A stretch of 37,185 nt of DNA. Source: Candidatus Sungiibacteriota bacterium (GTDB lineage Bacteria > Patescibacteriota > Minisyncoccia > Sungbacterales > SURF-37). The position numbers were made by a program, and so were the translations under genes. Of this stretch, positions 27,093 to 35,314 are shown in pieces (within the stretch, counting starts at the first letter, position 1; every line of letters begins with the position of its first letter). Location of the stretch: positions 1-37,185 of the forward strand of contig JACPMF010000019.1 of the NCBI GenBank assembly GCA_016186145.1, given 5' to 3'. The notes beneath the pieces are model-generated. The model had not been told where the DNA came from, did not search any database, and saw nothing but the letters and a program-made list of their open reading frames with translations.

Positions 27093-27931
27093 CACTTATA
27101 TTACGATTACTCGTAAAGTAGACTATACCTTTATTCAATCTCCGCAGACTGAATACCGACGTCTTATACAACAAGACTTGCTTCTTGTATCTGACCCAAC
27201 ACTGATTGGATCAAGTCGTTACGGGGATTACAAATCTTATGGGTCATTGATGGAATTATAAATGGTTCAATAATATTGTTGAACTTTTGATACTCATGCC
27301 TTCCGATTCTTATCTTGAACCTTGCTCTGTCTTTGATTATCGTTGCGGAAATCTTGAATCTCCGCGCTAGAAATTCAACAATTCGTTCTTGGTCTTGAAG
27401 CAAGAAATTATGAGTACTTATGGTGTACGAAGCTTTCGTATTTGAACCATCGTCCATAAACCATATTGCGATTGCTCTCGGAATCAAATAATCAAACAAA
27501 TCTTGAGGAAATATTTTAACCGCATCCTTATAGAAATAATGATACAGTGCTCCAAGTTCTTTGAGTGTTTTGGTGTGGAAGTACCACGAATAATGATCTT
27601 TGTTTCGCTTGGCATCATGCCAAACTTTGATTCTTCGCGGCTCCTTTAACACCAGATTCTCAAGTTGAGCATATTTCCAGAAGACGTATTCTTTCTGTTT
27701 CTCACTTTGATGAATTCGCAATCGTGCGCTTATGGGATATCGTTTTCCAACTGAACGGCACTCAAGACGAGCATCGCCCAACAATGATCCTATAATCACA
27801 TCAACTTGATGTGACGGAAATAACGATTGTAATCTTCCCACGGTATGGTCCATACAATTTTATTGTATCATAAATTTGCATGGATTCCACCGTTATGAGT
27901 CGGTTTAATCTGGGCTCAGTAGTTTTCACTA
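27093..27931 (-). ncRNA. Group I intron at L2584
   Basis: P1: exon CUGGGU pairs with GCCCAG (U-G at the splice site); terminal G; core CCCCGUAACGACU and GGUAUAGUC. Confidence 0.88.
27164..27853 (-). CDS. LAGLIDADG homing endonuclease (double motif, LAGLIDADG_2-like)
   Basis: IIGSLLGDA and IAIWFMDDGS motifs; inside the L2584 intron. Confidence 0.92.
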   Translation of the reverse strand: MDHTVGRLQSLFPSHQVDVIIGSLLGDARLECRSVGKRYPISARLRIHQSEKQKEYVFWKYAQLENLVLKEPRRIKVWHDAKRNKDHYSWYFHTKTLKELGALYHYFYKDAVKIFPQDLFDYLIPRAIAIWFMDDGSNTKASYTISTHNFLLQDQERIVEFLARRFKISATIIKDRARFKIRIGRHEYQKFNNIIEPFIIPSMTHKICNPRNDLIQSVLGQIQEASLVV

Positions 27932-28015
27932 ACCCAGCTCGCGTATCTTTTTAAATGGCGAACAGCCATACGCTTGGGAGCTTCTTCACCCCCGCGCTAA
28001 GATGAGCCGACATCG

Positions 28016-28845
28016 CTGTCGTTATTTGTCTTCCGTTACCGGAAGGATCGGACTATATCTTCATCCCACCTTTAATGGGAGTTGGCGTTTTAGCTCTCCA
28101 TGTTCTGGAGAACTCCGGTCAACTTCTGACCAAGTCTCTACGGGGTCATAACTCAATTTATACTTCATCGAAGGAATAATATGTTCAGAAATTAATTGAT
28201 TAAATTTCTTAATACTTTCCTTCAAAAATCTTAGTCGATAATAGGATTTATCTTTATTTATGGTCGTTTCCAAACCCAAAACTTTTAACATTCCCATCAA
28301 TTTTTCTTGATCGGAATGGCTGAACTGTTGGGTATTAAGATAAACATCTCTATCGCGGCATCTGCTTCCGTCATCCATAAACCACACAGCAAGTGAAATT
28401 GGACCGAGTTGAATATCTGGTATTCGTTTCTTTCCGCCCTCATAGAATAATTCATGCATTCGCGATAATTCTGGATGCTGCTGTGTATAGAAACGATATG
28501 CTATCCGATGCCCATTTCCATACCGTGATTTTGGAATTCCGCCCGCAATATTTTTGAGTACAGAATATTTCCAATCAACGTACTCTTTTGCTCTTATGGA
28601 ATGGTTTATCTCGAGAAAAGCATCTTTACGCCCTTTTAGTTTGCGCAAATAGCCGTCTCCTAAGAGTGTTCCTATTATCAGAGATTTTTGTAATTGAGTT
28701 AGACTTCCCACGGTATTGTCCATATTAGGTATTTTACCATATGGAGTCCACCGTTATAAGCCAATATTTTATTCGAATTTCCGCTCCTAACGGATTGATT
28801 CGAACGGCTAATGCCGTTGCTGGCATGGCGCCCCGATGTTGTTTG
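28016..28845 (-). ncRNA. Group I intron at L2500
   Basis: Splits GGCACCU|CGAUGUCGG; terminal G; P10 CAUCG; core CCCCGUAGAGACU and AAGAUAUAGUCC. Confidence 0.92.
28061..28723 (-). CDS. LAGLIDADG homing endonuclease (double motif, LAGLIDADG_2-like)
   Basis: IIGTLLGDG and LAVWFMDDGS motifs; inside the L2500 intron. Confidence 0.93.
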   Translation of the reverse strand: MDNTVGSLTQLQKSLIIGTLLGDGYLRKLKGRKDAFLEINHSIRAKEYVDWKYSVLKNIAGGIPKSRYGNGHRIAYRFYTQQHPELSRMHELFYEGGKKRIPDIQLGPISLAVWFMDDGSRCRDRDVYLNTQQFSHSDQEKLMGMLKVLGLETTINKDKSYYRLRFLKESIKKFNQLISEHIIPSMKYKLSYDPVETWSEVDRSSPEHGELKRQLPLKVG

Positions 28846-28885
28846 AGGTGCCGAACTGCGCCGTCGCTGTGGACGCTTGGGCGCA

Positions 28886-28921
<36 letters not shown>

Positions 28922-29136
28922 AATCTTTGGCCTTGTTCTAGCAAGTACCATCGGTTCACTAAGTTCTGCTTTCGCACCTGCTCGGCATGTCCGCCTCGCA
29001 GTCAAGCCGGCTTTTCCCTTTACGGGTCCGACGCGGTTTCCATTCGCGCTAAGCCGACCTTTAAACTCCTCCATTACTCTTTAGGAGGAAAATGCCCCAT
29101 TCAAACTGCCCACCAGACACTGTCTCAGTTGGGTTT

Positions 29137-29228
29137 CACCACGAAGCCCGCAATAATGCAAATCTACGAATGCATCAGAATGCTACGAATAATTTATTCG
29201 CAATTCGCATTTTGTGAACACTGTGGTG
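29137..29228 (-). other. Hairpin insertion in 23S helix 79 region (G-type repeats)
   Basis: CACCAC...GTGGTG stem enclosing TACGAAT/ATTCGCA units. Confidence 0.7.
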
Positions 29229-29506
29229 TTCCCAACTGGTTAGAATACAAGTTTTCACAGAATGGTATTTCACTGACGGCTCCGTCCCATCCGAAAACAG
29301 GACCTCAACGCCTCCCATCTATGCTACGCAGTAAAAACTTATACCCAATATCAAGCTACAGTAAAGCTCCCGGGGTCTTTTCGTCTAACTGCAGGTAACC
29401 TGCATCTTCACAGGTACTGTATTTTCACCGGGCTCCTCCTTGAGACAGTCCCCCGATCGTTACGCCATTCGTGCGCTTCGGAACTTACCCGAAAAGGAAT
29501 TGCGCT

Positions 29507-29830
29507 CAACTTTGTTACAAGAATCTAAAAACTAAAAAGTAGAATCTAGAATCTGGACGAGACATTTCTGCTCGCCTCTGCATATTACTATGCAGTTCGG
29601 ACTATATCTTCCGAGTACACTTAAACTCGGTTCGGCGTGTAGTCTCTACGGGGTCCCTCGATAAACTCGGGACTTCCCTCGGTATTGTCCAAAATCCTGT
29701 CTGAAATTTTGGATGTTCACCGATATAGCTCCGCCGTCGCCTTACGGCTATGGACGGATCCTTGATTTTGTAACTCCTCGATAAACTCGGAGACAAAATC
29801 GGGACAAATTTTACTAAGGCAAATCAATTC
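29507..29830 (-). ncRNA. ORF-less group I intron at L1931
   Basis: Splits CUAAGGU|AGCG; P1 with GCCUUAG; terminal G; core CCCCGUAGAGACU and AAGAUAUAGUCC. Confidence 0.92.
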
Positions 29831-30038
29831 ACCTTAGAACGATTATAGTTATCGCTGACATTGACGAGGGCTTAACATCTCACGCAATAAAAAATTGATG
29901 TAATCTCATTCCCATCACAAAAATGTTTGACCTTCTCGCATCGGTCAGGCGTCACCTCCTATACATCCTCTTACGAGTTAGCAGGAGGCTGTGTTTTTGG
30001 TAAACAGTCGCCAGGGGTTCTTTTGTTGCAGGCGCGCG

Positions 30039-30130
30039 CCCCGCACGCTCATCAGCGAATTACGAATCAGATACGAATATACGAATTCGTAATATTCGCA
30101 AGAGCTTCGCTATTCGTTGATAGCGTGCGA
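30039..30130 (-). other. Hairpin insertion in 23S helix 63 (family G element 30051-30121)
   Basis: CGCACGCT...AGCGTGCG stem with ATCAGCGAATTACGAAT...ATTCGTTGAT. Confidence 0.72.
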
Positions 30131-30676
30131 AGCACGCGTCAAGCCTTATCGCGAACTTACGGCTGCTTTTTTGCCTAGTTCCTTAAGGAGGACTCACCCG
30201 TTCGCCTTGGTGCACTTACACCAACCCACCTGTGTCGGTTTTCGGTACGGTCACCCAGCGGATAATCTTAGAAGCTTTTCTTGGAGGCCTGCTTTACCGA
30301 ATTTCGTCCCGCAAAACGGAACGATTTTCGCTCTGCTTGAGGCCGGGCATAACCCCCGCTGCCGGATTTGCCTGGCAGCGCCCCTTACAGCCCGAACGCA
30401 AATCCAATAATGCGCCCGGCATACTAAACCCCGTCACTCCATCGATCCGCTGGATGGTGCTGGAATATTAACCAGCTGTCCATCGACTTCGGCTTTCGCC
30501 ATTGCCTTAGGCCCGACTAACCCTTGGATGATTGTCATTGCCAAGGAAACCTTGGGTTTACGGCGTGCCGGACTTTCACCGGCATTGTGGTTACTTGTGC
30601 CAACATTCTCTCTTCCCTACGCTCCAATTCCCCTCGCGGGTGAATCTTCACTGCATAGGAAATGCTCTCCTACCGC

Positions 30677-30820
30677 ATCGCTCCTCGCTACTGCTCGGTC
30701 GCTTAATATAATGCGAATCTACGAATATATGCGAATGCTACGAATGTTGTATTCGCGGTATTCGCATACCAATTCGCATTATTCGCATTATGAAAGCTCC
30801 GAACAAAAGTGAGGAGCGAT
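30677..30820 (-). other. IVS-like insertion in 23S helix 45
   Basis: ATCGCTCCTC...GAGGAGCGAT stem with GCGAAT/ATTCGC repeats, at the classic IVS helix. Confidence 0.75.
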
Positions 30821-31458
30821 ACCCGCAACTTCGGTACTTTGCTTAGCCCCGATAAATTTTTAGCGCAGGGACTCTAGACGAGTGAGCTGTTACGCACTCT
30901 TTAAAGGATGGCTGCTTCTAAGCCAACCTCCTCGATGTCTGAGAATCCCCACCACCTTTAACACTGAGCAAAGATTTAGGGACCTTAGTTTGCGATCAAC
31001 GGCTGTTTCCGTTGCGCACGACGGAGCTTAGCCCCCGCCTGCTGACTGCCGGAATAACTCGCTTGCGCATTCGGAGTTTGATTGGTCAAGGCGAGTTTCC
31101 CCGCTCTTGACCATCCAGTAGCTCTACCTCGCAGCGCGCATGATCCGACGCTAGTCCAAAAACTATTTCGGAGAGAACCAGCTATTTCCAGGTTCGATTA
31201 GCTTTTCACTCCTTACCACAGGTCATCCGAAGGCGTTGCACGACCAACCGGTTCGGGCCTCCCCCGCGGTTTTAACCGGGGTTCACCCTGCCCATGGCAA
31301 GCTCACCTGGTTTCGGGTCTTTTGGATTCTACCTAAAGACATTAGACAATAGGTGCTAGATTTTAAAACATAAAATAAGAAGCAAAAAACTTTACAAAAT
31401 CTTTAACTACCTGCAGACTAAACCCAATCTGGTTCTTTTCCCAAACGGAGGAATATAT

Positions 31459-31563
31459 ATGCTAGTTACAATGCTAATCATTATCAGCGGCGTTCTTTTA
31501 GCCTGCATAGTATTTTTATTTCTTATTATCAAAGGTATCGTTGGAATCTTGATTGAACGATAA
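31459..31563 (+). CDS. 34-aa single-TM hydrophobic peptide antisense to the 23S
   Basis: MLVTMLIIISGVLLACIVFLFLIIKGIVGILIER; GGAGG at 31447-31451; TTTACA-17-CAGACT at 31391-31419. Confidence 0.65.
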   Translation: MLVTMLIIISGVLLACIVFLFLIIKGIVGILIER

Positions 31564-31571
31564 CTTTTACC

Positions 31572-31593
31572 AACAGGCCTATGGCCTGTTTTT
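31572..31593 (+). terminator. Intrinsic terminator of the antisense peptide gene
   Basis: AACAGGCC-TAT-GGCCTGTTTTT, 8 nt after the stop. Confidence 0.7.
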
Positions 31594-31802
31594 ATGTTCT
31601 AAAATCTAACACCTAAAATCTAAGGTCTTAAGCGCGCTATTCACACTTGGTTTCCCTTTGCCTCGGTGCCGTAAGCACCTAGACGAGTAGAATTCAAAAA
31701 CTCGTTGGCTCATTCTTCAATAGGCACCTGGTCACCCTTGCGGGCTCCCAGTCCTTGTAAGCGTATGGTTTCAGGTACTATTTCATCGCCCTCATCGGGC
31801 TG

Positions 31803-31841
<39 letters not shown>

Positions 31842-32028
31842 GTTCCGTTAGTATTTAGCCTTAGGAGACTAGTTCTCCCTGCTTCCCGCGCAGTCTCCAT
31901 ACGGCGCGGTACTCAAGAATAATTCAGAGAGCATAAGACCGTTTTCGCGTACAGGACTATTACCTTCTTTGGTGCGCCTTTCCAGGCGTCTTCTGCTAAC
32001 GAAGCCTTAATTTTTATACTCTCCCCGA

Positions 32029-32147
32029 TTGCTCCCTCCTCCGCTCCTCGCTGCGCTCGGAGCTGTGGAGGGCGAGACTCATTGCAAAAGATACTATTGC
32101 AATACTCGCCCTCCGAAGCTCTTGCGAAGCAAAGAGCGAAGGGGGGC
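32029..32147 (-). other. Multi-hairpin insertion in 23S helix 16-18 region
   Basis: GGAGGGCGAG...CTCGCCCTCC stem with GCTC/GAGC side hairpins. Confidence 0.6.
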
Positions 32148-32248
32148 TCGGACGAACTACTCTTACAACTGCAATTTAAATCACTTGATAAATCAAGAAA
32201 TAAAATTGCTCTGGGCTATTCCCTTTTCGCTCGCCGCTACTAAGGGAA

Positions 32249-32363
32249 TGCGCTCCGCACATTCATCAACGAATTACGAATTTTGTACGAATTTACGAAT
32301 AAACAAACTTGTAAATTCGCATATTCGCAGTAGATTCGTTATTCGTTGATAAAAGGCGAAGCC
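32249..32363 (-). other. Insertion near 23S position 220 (family G element 32265-32350)
   Basis: Lies between CTACTAAGGGAAT and TTTCTTTTCCTCC landmarks; near-copy of 6429-6515. Confidence 0.78.
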
Positions 32364-32414
32364 TTTCTTTCTTTTCCTCCGCTTACTGAGATGTTTCACT
32401 TCAGCGGGTATCGC

Positions 32415-32545
32415 GAGCGCTGCTTACGCAGCTAAACTAAAAATGAAAAACTTAAAATTAAAATTTAAGGAATCGTGAAAATTTTTCGCCCACCATTTTT
32501 AATTTTTCATTTTAAACTTTTAACTTAGCTGAGAAAGCAGCGCTC
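32415..32545 (-). other. AT-rich hairpin insertion in 23S helix 9-10 region
   Basis: GAGCGCTGCTT...AAGCAGCGCTC stem with TAAAATT-type 7-mers. Confidence 0.7.
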
Positions 32546-32818
32546 ATCGCTGATTTCTCAGCGATGGGTTTCCCCATTCGGAAATCGCCGGATCAAAGGT
32601 TGCTTGACACCTCCCCGACGCTTATCGCAGTCACGCCACGCCCTTCATCGCCTACGGAACCCTAGGCATCCACCATACGCCCTTATTATTACTCCCCGCC
32701 CAAAACACACTTTGTTTTGAACGGTTTTATTTTTAGGTTACCTGTATTAAATTTTCAAACTGCTTACCTTACCAACCATCGTCTACTCCCAAAAACAGAC
32801 GACGACCGATAAGAATTT

Positions 32819-33049
32819 ACCCCAGCACCAATTTTGCGATAAACTCCAACGCAAAGCGCTTCGCCCATAACGGGATGTGCCTATTTCTGCGGGGTTTCCT
32901 GCTGCGGGTGCGGCTCCGCCGCATCCTCGCAAAACCCGTGAAAAGCTATTTAAACGCTTTTCACCACACGCGCTTCGCTATAAACTTAAATAGCATTTTA
33001 TCTTAACAACGCGTTATTTCTTGCAGCGGCAAAATTGGTGCGGGGTTCA
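32819..33049. mobile_element. Family A element in the rRNA leader
   Basis: ACCCCAGCACCAATTTTGC...GCAAAATTGGTGCGGGGTTCA; shares GCGCTTCGCCCATAACGGG with 1777-1933. Confidence 0.75.
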
Positions 33050-33242
33050 ATTCTTATAGCCGCTCGAGCTGCGCCTTACGGCTTGCTCTCGCGGATAAGA
33101 ATTGAAAAACCGCGTATCCACGCGGCTCAAATGCATGAGACAGTTTAAAAACTGCTGGCAATTACGGTCCCGGGCTAGTGTCTTTTTGAGCCGCTTTTTT
33201 TGAATTTTTTGAAACAATAATCATATTTTCTTACGTTATCCA

Positions 33243-33270
33243 ATTATACGCGGCAACAAAACCCTGTCAA
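33243..33270 (-). promoter_or_regulatory. Consensus sigma70 promoter of the 23S-5S unit
   Basis: TTGACA (33270-33265), 16-nt spacer, TATAAT (33248-33243). Confidence 0.85.
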
Positions 33271-33285
33271 GAGAAACAAGGGCGG

Positions 33286-33294
33286 TGTGGATAA
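33286..33294 (-). promoter_or_regulatory. Perfect DnaA box
   Basis: TTATCCACA on minus, 15 nt upstream of the -35; also at 34224-34232 and 34557-34565 on plus. Confidence 0.55.
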
Positions 33295-33360
33295 CCATTG
33301 CACCGATAACCAAAATCCCGCCAGCGGCGGGATTTTGAAATCTTCTCAACACATTCATTT

Positions 33361-34044
33361 CTAGGATCCGCGGACCTCGCGGATAACTCGATCAACAACT
33401 GCTCCTGCCGCATCTTTTCCGCCAAGACCGAATGCCAAGCCGAACGCCAAAGCAAGCATAGCAACAAGGCCGGTGACAACCGTCTGAAGAAGAACGGTCG
33501 CAACACCCAACTGCAAAAGCGCTGCCACAATTGCGAATACCCAGACTGACCATCGCGCTACCAAACCGACCAATGAGCCGCGGCGAAGACCGGCCGCCTC
33601 AACAGAACCGCGAACTACCCGTTCTGCCACTTCCGCCACCAATGCTGCGATGACCAAGATCAAAACGGCAACCACGACATTCGGAAGATAGAGCAACACG
33701 GAAGTCAAGAAATCGGTAACCTGCGTCAATTGAAGAATGTTTGCGGCAGCAAGAAGCGCTACTATGATCAAAAACCATCTCACCAAACCGCCGACAAAAG
33801 CGCCGGTGTTCAACCGCATGCCGGCTCGCTCCATTGCTTTCTCGAAGTCAAGCTTTGCAAGAAACATGTCCACACGAAGGGCCTTAATCACCTGCTCGAC
33901 GAGCTTGCCTAGGGCAACCGCAATAATCCACCCGATAACAAAAACAATAAGGGCAGAAAGAAGAAATGGCACGAAACTCACCACTGCAGACCATGCTTGT
34001 TGCAAGGACGCAACTACGACATCACCCCATGTTTGAAATATCAT
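33361..34044 (-). CDS. MscS-associated conserved TM-helix protein (CmpX-like)
   Basis: FVPFLLSALIVFVIGWIIA, YLPNVVVAVLIL, ALAFGLAFGLGGKD; likely start MIFQTW. Confidence 0.85.
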   Translation of the reverse strand: MIFQTWGDVVVASLQQAWSAVVSFVPFLLSALIVFVIGWIIAVALGKLVEQVIKALRVDMFLAKLDFEKAMERAGMRLNTGAFVGGLVRWFLIIVALLAAANILQLTQVTDFLTSVLLYLPNVVVAVLILVIAALVAEVAERVVRGSVEAAGLRRGSLVGLVARWSVWVFAIVAALLQLGVATVLLQTVVTGLVAMLALAFGLAFGLGGKDAAGAVVDRVIREVRGS

Positions 34045-34233
34045 AGCGTAAATAAAAAGAAACGAAGCGCGCTGAACCATGCATCAGTTAAACGCGCTTG
34101 TTTTTTACTATTAAAACTGTTAAAACTCCCTTCCCGAACGCCCAAGCGGCTTCGGACCGACCCGGAAGTCTGTAAATTAGTACCGTTTTATTATACTTCC
34201 TCTATCGCCAGCTCCAAAACCGTTTATCCACAA

Positions 34234-34482
34234 CTATCGCTTTTCGTTCTTATGAGTCCTTTGTGGGCTCTTCACATCTTCAACCTCTTTTTCCATTCGT
34301 TTTTCGACTTCCTCAATTTCTTTCATGAGTTCGCGACTCAACAATTCTTCGCATTTTTTCGAGTCTTTGGCAGATTTAAACTCCGGAAGTTCGCCAATGA
34401 ACTGACTTAAGGCAGCCTTAAGATTATCGAAACCACTGTGAACGAACTTTTCCGCCTCGGAAACCTCAACCCTGAATACCAA
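34234..34482 (-). CDS. Small hypothetical protein
   Basis: 82-aa charged ORF; start uncertain. Confidence 0.4.
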   Translation of the reverse strand: MVFRVEVSEAEKFVHSGFDNLKAALSQFIGELPEFKSAKDSKKCEELLSRELMKEIEEVEKRMEKEVEDVKSPQRTHKNEKR

Positions 34483-34675
34483 AGATAATGTGGGGATTCG
34501 AATACAATAACCCTGCTCTTCTTTATTTTAGCACTTTTTGCTATATTTATCCCAACTTATCCACATGATCCTGCTTTATACAGGACATATGAAGGGCCAC
34601 CAATAAAAACGCGAAATGCCACTAATTTTAATGACACTTCGTGTAAATATTGGCGGTTAGTAATGTCTGCGCAGC

Positions 34676-35242
34676 ATGCTTTCAATAAATGACCTAAAAA
34701 GCGGACTTGTTATAACGATCGATAATGAGCCCTATCAAATTCTCGAAGTAAAGCACCTCCATATGGGAAGAGGGGGGTCTTCAATCCAAACCCGCATCCG
34801 AAACCTAAAAACCGGACAGGTTTTGCAAAGAAACTTTAAGCCGGCTGACGCTTTTGAAGAGGCAGATATTGAAAAAAGAAAAGTTACATTCGTCTATGCG
34901 CACCGCGGTGAATATGTTTTTTCGGAGGCCGGCAAACGCTTTTCTCTCAAGGAAAACGAAGTTGGCGATATCCGAAAATGGCTCAAGCCGAATACCGAAA
35001 TCGAAGCGGTATTTTTAGACGATGCGCTTCTTTCCATCAATGTTCCTATCAAAATCGACTTTCGGATTACCGAATCGCCGCCGGGACTTAAAGGAGATAC
35101 GGCCCAAGGAGGCACGAAGATTGCGACCATAGAAACCGGAGCAAAAATTTCCGTGCCGCTGTTTATCAATGAGGGAGACGTAATCAGGGTGAATACCCAA
35201 ACAGGAGAGTATGCGGAAAGGGTTGAGAAAATGAAAGACTAA
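34676..35242 (+). CDS. efp: Elongation factor P
   Basis: HMGRGGS loop (Arg at the modified position), PPGLKGDTAQGGTK, VPLFINEGD. Confidence 0.97.
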   Translation: MLSINDLKSGLVITIDNEPYQILEVKHLHMGRGGSSIQTRIRNLKTGQVLQRNFKPADAFEEADIEKRKVTFVYAHRGEYVFSEAGKRFSLKENEVGDIRKWLKPNTEIEAVFLDDALLSINVPIKIDFRITESPPGLKGDTAQGGTKIATIETGAKISVPLFINEGDVIRVNTQTGEYAERVEKMKD

Positions 35243-35271
35243 CAGTTTTAAAAAGACCTGCTCACGGAAAC

Positions 35272-35303
35272 ACAAACGCCGCCAGCTAGCTGACGGCGTT
35301 TGC
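35272..35303. terminator. Hairpin between convergent efp and ATPase genes
   Basis: CAAACGCCG.CAGC-TA-GCTG.CGGCGTTTG. Confidence 0.6.
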
Positions 35304-35314
35304 TCGTTCTATAC

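Larger units (their letters stand above)
31333..31630 (-). other. About 300-nt IVS-like insertion near E. coli position 654
   Basis: Imperfect stem of about 40 bp (31333-31375 with 31590-31630) between GGTTTCGGGTCT and CTTGGTTTCCC landmarks. Confidence 0.8.

Noticed and set aside
31075-31125. Truncated A-site finger (H38)
   Set aside because: Length looks only a few nucleotides shorter than typical, within normal variation
32700-33240. 16S rRNA or spacer tRNAs upstream of the 23S
   Set aside because: No 16S 3' motifs or tRNA cloverleaf seen; a promoter and a protein gene follow directly
34060-34185. Riboswitch in the leader of the TM-helix gene
   Set aside because: Hairpins are present but match no aptamer consensus I can recognise; an Rfam cmscan would be needed
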